From positions 196,149 to 260,148 of the IMG/VR virus record IMGVR_UViG_3300043399_000272: 64,000 nucleotides of DNA, one strand, 5' to 3'. Positions 8,103 through 18,113 of the stretch are shown here, one piece after another. A program made the translations under genes and the position numbers. A model generated the notes under the pieces. The model saw only the letters and a program-made list of their open reading frames with translations. It was not told the origin of the DNA and did not search any database. Each line of letters opens with the position of its first letter. Positions within the stretch are counted from its first letter, which is position 1.

Positions 8103-9074
8103 ATGTTCGACATTCTAGGTTTAATTCCGGGTAAAAAGAAGCATACAAACAGCGGGTGGACTAGCTTTAACGCAGTCTGCTGTAGCCATCGCGGCCATAA
8201 TCCAGACAGAAGAATGCGAGGCGGGCTACGTATTGATGGAAATAATTGGGTGATGCATTGCTTCAACTGCGGATATAGTTGTAGCTTTATGCTCGGTAGG
8301 AGTATAAATGCAAAAACCAGACAGTTCCTTATTTGGTGCGGAGTAGATAGTGAACAAGTACAAAAATGGAGTTTAGAAAGCCTTCAGAAAAAAGATTTGC
8401 TTCAACTATACCTAGAACAGAAAAAACGCTTTACGATTAAATTTAAATCTAAGAGGCTGCCGGACAATTCTGAACAAATTACTGAACAAGGTACTCATAA
8501 GTTCTATGTAGATTATTTGAAAAAGCGCAAAATAGACTATGAAAAATATGTTCTCTATTGCAACCCTTCCGGTGGTCAACGTAAAAAATATGGTATTATA
8601 ATTCCCTACACATATAAAGGAAAAATAGTAGGACACACTACAAGGTTTCTGGATAACAAAAGTCCTAAATATATCAATGAACAACAACAAGGCTATGTCT
8701 TTAATATTGACATGCAGAAACCAGAATGGAATGTATGCATTGTAACTGAAGGTATTTTTGATGCAATGGCAATCGATGGTGTTGCACTGATGCATGACGA
8801 TATTAGTAATGAGCAAGCAATACTACTAAGTACACTAAACAGAAAAATTATTGTAGTGCCGGATTTTGACAAAACTGGTTTGAAAATTACAGATAGGGCG
8901 TTAGAACTTGGATATCATGTCAGCTTACCCAACTGGGGTCCTGATATTAAAGACGTTAACGATGCAGTAGTAAAGTATGGTAAGCTCCCTACATTATTGG
9001 CAATACTTGAAAACGCAACGATGAGCAAGATAAAAATTGAAATGAGGAAGAAACAGATTGCTAAAGGATTATAA
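8103..9074 (+). CDS. DNA primase (Zn-finger plus TOPRIM)
   Basis: CC...HCFNCG, PKY, TEGIFDA, VPDFD, KDVNDA. Confidence 0.9.
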   Translation: MFDILGLIPGKKKHTNSGWTSFNAVCCSHRGHNPDRRMRGGLRIDGNNWVMHCFNCGYSCSFMLGRSINAKTRQFLIWCGVDSEQVQKWSLESLQKKDLLQLYLEQKKRFTIKFKSKRLPDNSEQITEQGTHKFYVDYLKKRKIDYEKYVLYCNPSGGQRKKYGIIIPYTYKGKIVGHTTRFLDNKSPKYINEQQQGYVFNIDMQKPEWNVCIVTEGIFDAMAIDGVALMHDDISNEQAILLSTLNRKIIVVPDFDKTGLKITDRALELGYHVSLPNWGPDIKDVNDAVVKYGKLPTLLAILENATMSKIKIEMRKKQIAKGL

Positions 9075-10485
9075 TATTGATGTACAGACCCTATTTCTGC
9101 GTATGTTAGTAACAAACGCAGAATTGTTTACAAGGGTTACAAACATCATGAATCCACAAAACTTTGATAAGTCTCTCAGACCTGTGGCTGAGCTACTTAA
9201 GGAGCACAGTGAAAAATACAGTGTGTTACCTTCTCCTGAACAAATCAAAGCAACGACTGGAGTTGAAATTGATGTAGTACCAGAGTTAAACGAAGGTCAC
9301 TCTGAATGGTTTTTAGATGAATTTGAAAAATTTACTAAGCGCCAAGAACTTGAACGTGCTATCCTTCAAGCAGCCGATATGCTTGAAAAGGGTGATTACG
9401 GTCCTGTTGAAAAGATGATTAAGGACGCTGTACAAATCAGTTTACAAAAAGACATGGGTACAGATTACTTTGCTGACCCCAAGACACGAATTAATAAGTA
9501 TTTCAATGCAGGTGGGCAGGTTAGTACAGGATGGCCACAACTTGACAGACTACTATATGGTGGTTTTAGTCGGGGTGAACTAAACATCTTTGCAGGTGGT
9601 TCTGGTTCAGGTAAGTCTTTGGTTATGATGAATATTGCATTGAACTGGTTGAACGTAGGTCTAAGTGGTGTTTACGTTTCACTAGAACTTTCAGAAGAAC
9701 TAACATCATTGCGTACTGATGCGATGTTGACCAGTATGAGTACCAAAGATATTCGCAAAGATATTGATTCTGCTGAATTGAAGATTAAAATGATGAGTAA
9801 GAAGTCTGGTCAATATCGAGTTAAAGGTATGCCTGCACAATCTAACGTTAACGATATTCGTGCTTATTTGAAAGAAGTACAAATTCAGACAGGAATCAAA
9901 ATTGATTTTGTGATGATTGATTATTTGGATCTGGTTATGCCCGTGTCTGTTAAAGTAAATCCCAATGATCAGTTTATCAAAGACAAGTATGTTTCAGAAG
10001 AATTGCGTAACTTAGCAAAAGAGCTAGGCATTTTAATGGTAACTGCATCTCAGTTGAATCGTAGTGCTGTAGAGGAAATTGAGTTTGATCATAGTCACAT
10101 TGCAGGTGGCATTTCAAAGATTAACACTGCGGATAACGTCTTTGGTATATATCGTACTAGAAGTATGATGGAGCGAGGAAAGTATCAGATTCAATGTATG
10201 AAATCTCGTAGTAGTACAGGCGTAGGTCAAAAAATCGATTTAGACTATAATATGGAAACTATGCGTATTACAGATGATGATCCTGAAGGATACGCAGACC
10301 AGCAAGCAAAGTATAAACAGCAACCTAGTGCAAATGACATAATGAGTAAATTGAAGCCGCAAAGCACTATAACAACAAACGATCAGGTTCAGTCTTTTGT
10401 CCAACCAGAAGCAAAACGAGTAGTAGGTGATGTTCAGGGTGCTAAATTAAAAGCACTATTGAATACGATTCAAAAAGATAAATAA
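9058..10485 (+). CDS. replicative DnaB/gp41-like helicase
   Basis: GGSGSGKS Walker A, SLE, IDYLD, TASQLNR, KSR. Confidence 0.93.
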   Translation: MLKDYNIDVQTLFLRMLVTNAELFTRVTNIMNPQNFDKSLRPVAELLKEHSEKYSVLPSPEQIKATTGVEIDVVPELNEGHSEWFLDEFEKFTKRQELERAILQAADMLEKGDYGPVEKMIKDAVQISLQKDMGTDYFADPKTRINKYFNAGGQVSTGWPQLDRLLYGGFSRGELNIFAGGSGSGKSLVMMNIALNWLNVGLSGVYVSLELSEELTSLRTDAMLTSMSTKDIRKDIDSAELKIKMMSKKSGQYRVKGMPAQSNVNDIRAYLKEVQIQTGIKIDFVMIDYLDLVMPVSVKVNPNDQFIKDKYVSEELRNLAKELGILMVTASQLNRSAVEEIEFDHSHIAGGISKINTADNVFGIYRTRSMMERGKYQIQCMKSRSSTGVGQKIDLDYNMETMRITDDDPEGYADQQAKYKQQPSANDIMSKLKPQSTITTNDQVQSFVQPEAKRVVGDVQGAKLKALLNTIQKDK

Positions 10486-10503
10486 TAGTAGGACATATTT
10501 ATT

Positions 10504-10743
10504 ATGCAAAGAAAAACTCGTAGCTTACTAGAGGAATTAGAGTCCCTAGGACAAAATCGTGATACTAAGCATATCATCGAAAACCGAGCCCAACATATCA
10601 TCACTAGTGCTATAAATTTGCTAGAAATGATCAATAAATATTACGATCCTGACAAGGCCCAGATCCTAGAGCGTAAACTTTTAAACGCAATCAAGACTAG
10701 AGATCAAGAAAAATTCAGCAAATCCATCAAAAAAGATAGTTAA
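10504..10743 (+). CDS. hypothetical late protein
   Basis: GATAAATA at 10477; AGGA SD. Confidence 0.7.
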   Translation: MQRKTRSLLEELESLGQNRDTKHIIENRAQHIITSAINLLEMINKYYDPDKAQILERKLLNAIKTRDQEKFSKSIKKDS

Positions 10744-10830
10744 AAATCTATCTGCAAACCCAACTTTTTTTGCAAAAGGCATAAATAAAAGTAGAGCCTA
10801 TATGGCTCAACTATTTAAAGGAAAATTAAA

Positions 10831-11220
10831 ATGGCACAACAAACTAAAGTTCACGGTGATTTCAAAGGCGTAGCTAACTATGACGTTCGTGATTATACAG
10901 TAGGTTCTCTAAATGCAGTTACTTCTGCTCAAACAGTACAACCACAAGGTCCTAAGCTAGACTTTGGTACTATCACTTTCACAGGTGCAGCAAGCCCATC
11001 ATTAGCTGACATCAAGACAGCTATTGACACAATCCAACAATTAGCAGTTGTTTATGTATATGAGTATACTGAAGTTGGTGACAATACTGACACTCTAGCA
11101 GTTGCAGTATACCCAACAGGTGCATGGGATTTCGCAAACGGTGGTTCTTTAGACGCAGCTTTAACTTCTGCTCTAGGATATGCTGTTACTACAGCCGCTA
11201 CAGCAACATTCACTAACTAA
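10831..11220 (+). CDS. putative virion structural protein
   Basis: CATAAATA at 10780, AAGGA SD, A/T/G-rich, followed by its own terminator. Confidence 0.65.
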   Translation: MAQQTKVHGDFKGVANYDVRDYTVGSLNAVTSAQTVQPQGPKLDFGTITFTGAASPSLADIKTAIDTIQQLAVVYVYEYTEVGDNTDTLAVAVYPTGAWDFANGGSLDAALTSALGYAVTTAATATFTN

Positions 11221-11235
11221 TTTAAAACTTAGTCT

Positions 11236-11265
11236 AAAAACCCGAGAATATTCTCGGGTTTTTTT
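11236..11265 (+). terminator. Rho-independent terminator
   Basis: AAAAACCCGAGAAT/ATTCTCGGGTTTTTTT inverted repeat with U tract. Confidence 0.85.
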
Positions 11266-11270
11266 ACCTC

Positions 11271-11278
11271 TATAAATA
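11271..11278 (+). promoter_or_regulatory. T4-type late promoter
   Basis: Exact TATAAATA 6 nt before the ATG. The same nATAAATA motif occurs at 7270, 10477, 10780, 12225, 14045, 15319, 22620, 28090, 29916, 30729, 31252, 34374, 40300, 41136, 46401, 52021, 57385 and 62433. Confidence 0.75.
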
Positions 11279-11283
11279 TCATT

Positions 11284-11742
11284 ATGAGTTATAGAATAAG
11301 ATGCTATACGTTATTTGATATCACGCAAACCGGAGTTTTGATTAGACGACCCCCGATAAATTTGTCAGACGACCAAAGAGTCGATTGGGAAAATCGCAGA
11401 AATTCACAGTCTAATTTTGACACGGTTGTTCAGGTGATAAATCTAAGAAGCCAACCTGAAGAAATGTCAATAACTACCTCGTCTTACATCAACTTCAAAG
11501 AATTTCAAAACTTTGGATTTATGTATGAAGATGAAGAAGATCAAATGTGTTGGCAATTTGATTTTTCGATTAGACATAAAAGTGTATTTGACGACGGAGT
11601 AAGTGAACTAGGAGCATTATTCGATGATTGCGAAGGTGTACCTATGATTAAACACGGTATAAAGTGGGAGAAACTTGCATCATTTTTAGATACATCCCCT
11701 GAATTTCGAAATATTTATTTTGAGGTACTATCAAATGAGTGA
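11284..11742 (+). CDS. hypothetical late protein
   Basis: ORF immediately after a late promoter. Confidence 0.7.
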   Translation: MSYRIRCYTLFDITQTGVLIRRPPINLSDDQRVDWENRRNSQSNFDTVVQVINLRSQPEEMSITTSSYINFKEFQNFGFMYEDEEDQMCWQFDFSIRHKSVFDDGVSELGALFDDCEGVPMIKHGIKWEKLASFLDTSPEFRNIYFEVLSNE

Positions 11743-12208
11743 GCAAAACATGTTTGACATTCTTAAAAAGATGTTAGATAAAACTAATATCACCGAACTT
11801 TCAGAAAAATTGGTGTTAACGACTGAAAGCGGTTATGAATTATTTGGAAAATACGTAATAACACATGTAAATAATCAGTATATAGTTTCTGCTCATAAGA
11901 GGCACCTGTCACAATCATTTTATACATTAAAAAATGCAGTAATATGGACTACCTTATACGCTAATAATAAGATATCAGATTCTAAAAGAATTTTAGATTT
12001 AGATGTTGCCTTAGAAGGTGCAAACTTTGAAATAAAATTACATGATACTTTAGCCAAAAAAGCTAAATCGTTAGAAGCTAAATCAATCCATGCAACCAAA
12101 GTTGTAGAAAATAAACACCGAAAATACCTTATAAATCGTGAATTAGCTGAATATGAGGAGAGAGTCAAGAAATGGCAATATACTCAGTTCTCTAAGATAA
12201 CTGCCTAA
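11735..12208 (+). CDS. hypothetical protein
   Basis: GAGG SD before the ATG at 11735. Confidence 0.7.
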   Translation: MSEQNMFDILKKMLDKTNITELSEKLVLTTESGYELFGKYVITHVNNQYIVSAHKRHLSQSFYTLKNAVIWTTLYANNKISDSKRILDLDVALEGANFEIKLHDTLAKKAKSLEAKSIHATKVVENKHRKYLINRELAEYEERVKKWQYTQFSKITA

Positions 12209-12258
12209 AAATAATTTAGAAAAAGATAAATACATAATCAGTACTCTAGGACAATACT

Positions 12259-12975
12259 ATGAAACTAACCGAATTTAACGCAAAACCATTACAAGTCACT
12301 AAGAAGGCTCTAAAAGAGCATTTCAATACTGACATGAAATTAGATGGAATGAGTCTATATGACACACAAAGAATGATGAGAAAAGTAAGCACATTAATGG
12401 CTGAAATGCGTCAGTCTTCAAATGGGTTGAATACAGAAAACAATCCGGCATATTTAAAACTAGTGTTCATGGAACAGGCATTAACTCATCACTACGGTGA
12501 ACTTAAAGCTCTACCAATGTACAATACTAGAATGGTAGTAGAAAATGAAGAGGTTGAAAAATCTCAAGTTATTCTTGCTGCACAAGAAATGGTCGATTCA
12601 ATTCAAAAAATGGTTGAGCAAGTTTCTGATATGTTAGTCAAAGAGCTACCTGCAGTTGTAGACGGCGTCAATAGTGAAGTCGGCACACAGCAAGGACAGC
12701 AATTCAACACAACCATGACAGAAGCTCTATCTGGATTGCAGGGCGCATTGACACAAGCTAAATCAAGCATTCAAGGTGGTCTAGGTATTATCACTGGTCA
12801 AAGCAGCGATATGGCTGATATGGGTATGGGCGGTGAAATGGGCGGAGAAGCCGATCTAGGTGGCGAAGACATGGAAGATTTAGGTGGTGAGCAACCTGAC
12901 GCAGAATTGCCTGAGCTACCTGAAGAACCTGACGAAGACGAGACTGTTGCCGGCGTCGGCCGCGCAATGCGCTAA
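12259..12975 (+). CDS. putative prohead core/scaffold-like protein
   Basis: Late promoter at 12225; MKLTEF N-terminus; helical, with an acidic C-terminus. Confidence 0.5.
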   Translation: MKLTEFNAKPLQVTKKALKEHFNTDMKLDGMSLYDTQRMMRKVSTLMAEMRQSSNGLNTENNPAYLKLVFMEQALTHHYGELKALPMYNTRMVVENEEVEKSQVILAAQEMVDSIQKMVEQVSDMLVKELPAVVDGVNSEVGTQQGQQFNTTMTEALSGLQGALTQAKSSIQGGLGIITGQSSDMADMGMGGEMGGEADLGGEDMEDLGGEQPDAELPELPEEPDEDETVAGVGRAMR

Positions 12976-12978
12976 AAT

Positions 12979-13308
12979 ATGAGAATTTTTGAATTCGCAG
13001 GAGATGATCCTCTTCGTGTTAAATTAGCAGCAATTGCTAAACAATTACAAACACGAGCTATTGAAAAAGATCGTCCGATGGACACAGATGAGTTCCTGCG
13101 TTTTCTAAATGACAGTGGTATTAGTTTAGAATTATCCGACTTGTTTGATATAGTTCAAAAAGAACCACTGAGTAACATAGTTCAATCAGTGAACAAGGAT
13201 CAAGTCATATTCAAAGGACAAAAAGGCGCCGAAACTACAGGGACTACGCCCGATAAATCAGATGCTGAAAAGGTTCGTCAGCAGATGGCTAGAAAAGCAA
13301 TGAAATAA
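12979..13308 (+). CDS. hypothetical late protein
   Basis: MRIFEF N-terminus; operonic. Confidence 0.7.
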   Translation: MRIFEFAGDDPLRVKLAAIAKQLQTRAIEKDRPMDTDEFLRFLNDSGISLELSDLFDIVQKEPLSNIVQSVNKDQVIFKGQKGAETTGTTPDKSDAEKVRQQMARKAMK

Positions 13309-13316
13309 CCAAATAG

Positions 13317-13352
13317 ATTGTACTATGTAGAAATATATAGTACAATTTTTTT
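13317..13352 (+). promoter_or_regulatory. dual element: terminator-like hairpin that also forms a sigma70 promoter
   Basis: ATTGTACTATGTA-GAAA-TATATAGTACAAT plus T tract. The same bases read TTGTAC-17-TACAAT, with the ATG 7 nt downstream. Confidence 0.55.
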
Positions 13353-14039
13353 ATGTATATTCCTGATAAATTCAAATATGTTGCTATTAATAGAATTGAC
13401 ACTCCTGAGGGTCGAAGATACGCAACTCCCGACGGTGAAAAACTTCCTAGCGTTACAACTATATTAGACGCAACTAAATCTGAAGAATCTAAAAAAGCAC
13501 TACAAGAATGGCGCAATAGAGTAGGACATAAACAAGCACAAGCAATTACTACAGAAGCAGCTGGCCGCGGCACACGAATGCATAAGTGGCTAGAGAACTA
13601 TGTAAAGACAGGAGAAACAGGTGAGCCCGGAAGCAATCCATACAGTATCCAAAGCCATAAAATGGCGCAATCTATTATCTATCAGGGACTATCTAAATGT
13701 AATGAGTTCTGGGGTACAGAAGTTCCTCTCTATTTTCCTAAAGTATATGCCGGAACAACTGACTTGGTTGGCGTTCATGACGGTAGTCCTGCTATCATGG
13801 ATCACAAACAAGCTAACAAACCAAAGAAAAAAGAATGGATCTCTGATTACTTTATTCAATTAGCAGCCTATGCTAACGCACACAATGAAGTACACGGGAC
13901 TGACATTCGAAAAGGTGTCATTTTCATGTGTACCGCAGATAATAAATACCAAGAGTTTATAATTGAGGGTTCTGAGTTCGACCACTGGACTAATGAATGG
14001 TTTAAACGTGTAGAGAAATTCTACATGCAGTTCTTATAA
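13353..14039 (+). CDS. PD-(D/E)XK exonuclease (Cas4/RecB-like phage exonuclease)
   Basis: LPSVTTIL, RGTRMH, E...AGTTD...IMDHK, QLAAY. Confidence 0.85.
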   Translation: MYIPDKFKYVAINRIDTPEGRRYATPDGEKLPSVTTILDATKSEESKKALQEWRNRVGHKQAQAITTEAAGRGTRMHKWLENYVKTGETGEPGSNPYSIQSHKMAQSIIYQGLSKCNEFWGTEVPLYFPKVYAGTTDLVGVHDGSPAIMDHKQANKPKKKEWISDYFIQLAAYANAHNEVHGTDIRKGVIFMCTADNKYQEFIIEGSEFDHWTNEWFKRVEKFYMQFL

Positions 14040-14049
14040 TTCGAGATAA

Positions 14050-14078
14050 ATAGTATAATCAAATAAAGATTATACTAT
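14050..14078 (+). promoter_or_regulatory. start-codon-occluding hairpin overlapping a late promoter
   Basis: ATAGTATAATC-7-GATTATACTAT is a perfect 11-bp IR ending in the AT of the ATG; GATAAATA at 14045-14052. Confidence 0.65.
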
Positions 14079-15315
14079 GGCTATCGTACAAATATCTAAA
14101 GTTCAAGCAAGAACAGGCGCAAACGTTGATTTACCACAATTAGATGTGGGGGAATTAGGTTACGCAACGGATGAAGGTAAATTATATATCGGAAATGATC
14201 CAGCAGAACCACTGCCGACCATTGATGGTAAATATATTTCTGAAATTCTAACGACTACATCATCACTTGACTTTTCAAGATTAAACGGTTCTGATAACGT
14301 GTCAATGGACATGACTAGCGTAAGTTCAGGTGAGTTATTAGGAATTAGTGTATCTGGGAATATTGCTACAGTAGTTAATGTAGGTGGTGATGCCGGCGGC
14401 GAGATTAACTTAGGGGATGCTAGTAACGTCAAAATTTCAGGTAACGGTGTCGTTGGTGGCTATGTCCTAGCAAGTGACGGAAATGGTGGACTAACTTGGG
14501 TAACTAACGGTGTTTTAAAATCAGTTATTCAGTCTATCGGAAACGCAAGTGGTACGGCGTTGTTTACTACGCAAGGTGATCACTTATTCGGTACTGGTAC
14601 AATTTGTTCAGTAACAAATATTCAGCCATCAGGTGTCCAGGGTATTATTCAAGTATCAGGGGTTGACGATAGTAATAAATTTTATGTTAACCGCAGATCA
14701 AGTAATACATTCTCCTTGCACAAAGCTGCCAATGCAATGGCGGGTAATTTACCATACGATATTCAATTCGCTAACTATACTGCAAATAGTGGTTCAATAG
14801 TTGGCATGATAACACCTAGTGGAAACATAAGTATTGCCGGTACTAGCAATACTCAACTATTTTTTAATGACACTGGAGCTACAATAGGTGGTAGTAGTAA
14901 TCTAACATTTAACAAAACCACATCAGTTTTAACGCTAATTGGTAACATAACAACCACTAATGCTAATTTAGGTAATGCTGCAACTGCGAATTATTTCATT
15001 GGTTCGTTTAGGGGTGCAGTTGGTAATGCAGCGACCGCTAACGCCGGAACTTTTACTACAGTAATAGCTAACAATAGTACAGTTTCAGGAAATATTGATG
15101 TAGGTGGAAATTTAGATGTAACTGGAAACATTACATTTGATTCTAGTTCAGGTGCTAATGTTACTGCAACCGGATTTATGCAGCTTCCTGTATATGCCGA
15201 CGATACAGCACGTGATGCAGCTATCTTATCCCCTTCAGAGGGTATGATGATTTTCAATCAGTCCGGCGCCAAGTTTCAAGGATATGACGGTACTGATTGG
15301 GTAAATCTCAATTAA
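14077..15315 (+). CDS. tail fibre/structural protein
   Basis: LPQLDVGELGYATDEGKLYIGN fibre N-terminal motif; G/N/S/T-rich; C-terminal GMMIFN...FQGYDGTDW. Confidence 0.7.
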   Translation: MAIVQISKVQARTGANVDLPQLDVGELGYATDEGKLYIGNDPAEPLPTIDGKYISEILTTTSSLDFSRLNGSDNVSMDMTSVSSGELLGISVSGNIATVVNVGGDAGGEINLGDASNVKISGNGVVGGYVLASDGNGGLTWVTNGVLKSVIQSIGNASGTALFTTQGDHLFGTGTICSVTNIQPSGVQGIIQVSGVDDSNKFYVNRRSSNTFSLHKAANAMAGNLPYDIQFANYTANSGSIVGMITPSGNISIAGTSNTQLFFNDTGATIGGSSNLTFNKTTSVLTLIGNITTTNANLGNAATANYFIGSFRGAVGNAATANAGTFTTVIANNSTVSGNIDVGGNLDVTGNITFDSSSGANVTATGFMQLPVYADDTARDAAILSPSEGMMIFNQSGAKFQGYDGTDWVNLN

Positions 15316-15334
15316 ACAGATAAATATATAATAC

Positions 15335-15388
15335 ACTCTTAATTCTGAGAGTTTATGCGGTCCCCGCCGCGTAGTGGCTAGAACCCAC
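15335..15388 (+). promoter_or_regulatory. structured three-hairpin 5' leader (candidate cis-regulatory RNA)
   Basis: Stems 15335-41/46-52, 15354-60/67-73 and 15374-77/85-88 lie between the late promoter at 15319 and the AAGGAG SD. Confidence 0.5.
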
Positions 15389-15408
15389 AACTAACAAGGA
15401 GAAAACAA

Positions 15409-16269
15409 ATGGGACGCCCAATTAAAGCAAATAAATGGAATGGATCAACCAACATCGACTATGGTTATCCTAACGACGGTACTACCGATAATGGCTACGA
15501 TACAGATAAACCAGGTGTAGTAATCGGAGACCCTGAGGATAGATGGGAAATTGTACAATCATATGTATGTATTAAAGTAAATGGATTAGGAACTATCACT
15601 ACTGATTCCACTGCCACCACAGTTACCGGTACAGGTACAAACTTTACTGGACTACTTTTAGGCGGTGCTAAACTTTACACATCTGCAGGAGTGTATATCG
15701 GTACCGTTGATTCAGTAACCGATGACGGTGAACTAGAATTAGCAGCAAACGCAGAAGTGGATGTTACTGACAGTGCCTTCTACTATGGTGATGCAGACAG
15801 TGAAGGTATAATTCTTCGTCAAAAAGGTAAAAGAAAGTTTTTAGTAGCTAGAAGGGACAATATCCAAGATGAATATATCGTAGCAGGCAATACATATTTC
15901 ATTGATACTGTCGGTAATACTGATTGGGAAGCATTAGGAGCCGGAGTAGGCGCAGGGTACGGAAAAGTGTTTACTGCTACTGCAAACGGTACAGGTCTTG
16001 GAACAGACGGCTCAGTGTACAATGTAGGTATATGCTCATTAGTCGATACCACTGATTCAACTGAATTAGAGCCCGGAGAAATGTACATTTCTTACTACGA
16101 TCCAGTACAAGACGATACTTATGCTGCAAGTGAACTTACTAACCATTGGTTAAGACCGTGGGGTGCTCAAGCTTCCGCAACCAAGTATGTTGCACAATTG
16201 ACTGACTCTAGTTCAACACCTGATCCAGCTACAGGATATACAAGTGTTGACGTTAATGATTGGGATTAA
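15409..16269 (+). CDS. putative virion structural protein
   Basis: Late promoter, strong SD and terminator; ILRQKGKRKFLV motif; T/D/G-rich. Confidence 0.65.
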   Translation: MGRPIKANKWNGSTNIDYGYPNDGTTDNGYDTDKPGVVIGDPEDRWEIVQSYVCIKVNGLGTITTDSTATTVTGTGTNFTGLLLGGAKLYTSAGVYIGTVDSVTDDGELELAANAEVDVTDSAFYYGDADSEGIILRQKGKRKFLVARRDNIQDEYIVAGNTYFIDTVGNTDWEALGAGVGAGYGKVFTATANGTGLGTDGSVYNVGICSLVDTTDSTELEPGEMYISYYDPVQDDTYAASELTNHWLRPWGAQASATKYVAQLTDSSSTPDPATGYTSVDVNDWD

Positions 16270-16287
16270 TAAATCTCATTTGACAAC

Positions 16288-16315
16288 AAAAAAGCCGCAT
16301 TATGCGGCTTTTTTT
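16288..16315. terminator. bidirectional terminator
   Basis: AAAAAAGCCGCAT/ATGCGGCTTTTTTT between convergent genes. Confidence 0.85.
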
Positions 16316-16713
16316 ATTAGTACTTTTAATTTTTCTTGTACTATATCAAAGTTAATCGTATTGAACAATCCCGGATGTAATGGTTTAGGGTATTGTCCTG
16401 ATTCTACCCAAGCATATCCGCAATGCTCATCGTTTAATTTAGGAATAAATTCATCTTCAATTTCACAAAAGAATGTGTGATACACAAATGAATGATTAAT
16501 AAATTTTTGAATAGGTATTAATTTAGCTTTAAGGGGGAAGTAACCTATTTCTTCTTCACACTCTCTTTGAATACCTTCAATCAAAGTTTCATTATCTTCT
16601 ATTTTGCCACCAGGAATTCCCCAATTACCTGGATTCTTTTTATCTGTTCTTAGTAGGAACAAGAATCTTTCAGTATTTTTTGAATAAAAGAAAACGCCGG
16701 CTGAAGTATTCAT
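16300..16713 (-). CDS. NUDIX hydrolase
   Basis: Nudix box GGKIEDNETLIEGIQRECEEEIG. Confidence 0.9.
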   Translation of the reverse strand: MNTSAGVFFYSKNTERFLFLLRTDKKNPGNWGIPGGKIEDNETLIEGIQRECEEEIGYFPLKAKLIPIQKFINHSFVYHTFFCEIEDEFIPKLNDEHCGYAWVESGQYPKPLHPGLFNTINFDIVQEKLKVLIKKAA

Positions 16714-16731
16714 ACTATCATTTATCTTAAT

Positions 16732-18105
16732 TTAGATAACGATAGAATAATCTCCTTCACCATACCATCCCTCATATGATTTCATCCACATTCCTTCTGC
16801 ATATCTATATTGAACTCTAGTAGTTAAGTTTAATACATATTGCACATCCGTTAATAATGTACTGTCAAAACTGACAAACCAATTGGTTCCATCATATTCA
16901 ATAATATCATTCGCAACAGCAACTAAATCACCCCACGCTATTGTTCCCGGGAAGTTAACATCATTGCTACCTATGTCTTCTACTATCAAGTAGCGTTGCC
17001 CTGCTTCTGCGGGCGGTAAGTTATTGCCCGGACTTTTTTGTTGAGGATTAATGATACTATCTACTGGTTCTAACGTGTTCTCCGGTAAAGTATCCGGGTC
17101 AATATTGTATATTAGTAATCTGTCATCTGTCGGATTAAATGTAATAGTGCCTGCAATTTCAGTACTCATATACGGATTCTGTAACCATATCTGACTTATT
17201 CCCGGTCTTACAGTGCCGTATACTTGCAAAACACTTTGCCAATACACACTAGTGTTTGGATTAGTCGGTAAATCAGTTGATGCATTATTTGGATTGAATG
17301 GTTGATTAGCAGGTAGAATTTGAAGACTATTTCCAACTAATAATAACTTGTATCCATATGGAGTAATCTTTTGTCTGGTACCTAATAATAAATCATCATC
17401 TTGCATGTCCGATATTGCTTTACCCTTAAAGATACTTGCAATAATCTTGTGAATAACACCCATCTTTGTAATTTTAGCACTAGAACTAATCCAGATTGGC
17501 ATGTAGAATTTCCAAGACAGTACATCTATCGGATTTCCTGAACCTTGAGGTATCTGTCTGCTAGTAAAAGTTAATCCATCCTGGTATACTACGCTTAGAG
17601 ATGTCCAGTCAATAAAGTTATCTGTACTTTGTAATTCCATACTCGGGTTAAACAACACACCTAACTGTTCAATCAATTCTAATTTTTGCAAATAGTTAGT
17701 TGTCCAGAAATCCACTGTGATACGTAATGTATACGGTACTGGCATGATTCTTTGTACACCAAACGCCTCGCCTTGGGTAGTTTCATATGTTCCTGTTTCT
17801 TGATTGAATGTACGCTGACGTACAGATAATTTGTCGATAAAAAATGGGTCTTGTGTTCTTTTTTGATCGTATTCTAAACCGCTAATGTAATATGTAATTA
17901 ACGGAGCACTAGGTAAACTGCTAGCACTGTTGCCTGCAATTTGCGTAGCTGCCATTCTACTGCTATCACCGTACATGATAGGTACCCTAACAAGAATATT
18001 ATTACCTGCAGGATCCTTACCTTTAGTAACTTGCCAGTTGCTAAAAATACGTGCGAACTGAAGTAAAAAACGCTTTATCTGATTGTCATAAAAATAATTT
18101 GCCAT
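16732..18105 (-). CDS. tail terminator/sheath stabiliser (T4 gp15-like) with C-terminal extension
   Basis: YFYDNQIKR...F..IF, VPIMYG, MPVPYTL, QKLELIEQ...FNPS. Confidence 0.75.
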   Translation of the reverse strand: MANYFYDNQIKRFLLQFARIFSNWQVTKGKDPAGNNILVRVPIMYGDSSRMAATQIAGNSASSLPSAPLITYYISGLEYDQKRTQDPFFIDKLSVRQRTFNQETGTYETTQGEAFGVQRIMPVPYTLRITVDFWTTNYLQKLELIEQLGVLFNPSMELQSTDNFIDWTSLSVVYQDGLTFTSRQIPQGSGNPIDVLSWKFYMPIWISSSAKITKMGVIHKIIASIFKGKAISDMQDDDLLLGTRQKITPYGYKLLLVGNSLQILPANQPFNPNNASTDLPTNPNTSVYWQSVLQVYGTVRPGISQIWLQNPYMSTEIAGTITFNPTDDRLLIYNIDPDTLPENTLEPVDSIINPQQKSPGNNLPPAEAGQRYLIVEDIGSNDVNFPGTIAWGDLVAVANDIIEYDGTNWFVSFDSTLLTDVQYVLNLTTRVQYRYAEGMWMKSYEGWYGEGDYSIVI

Positions 18106-18113
18106 TGTCTTCC

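Noticed and set aside
13353-14039. Cas4 as evidence of CRISPR-Cas
   Set aside because: It is a stand-alone PD-(D/E)XK phage exonuclease without the Fe-S cysteine set or any cas neighbours.
15335-15388. tRNA gene
   Set aside because: There is no acceptor stem closing the hairpins and no T-loop GTTC consensus. No tRNA was recognised anywhere in the window.
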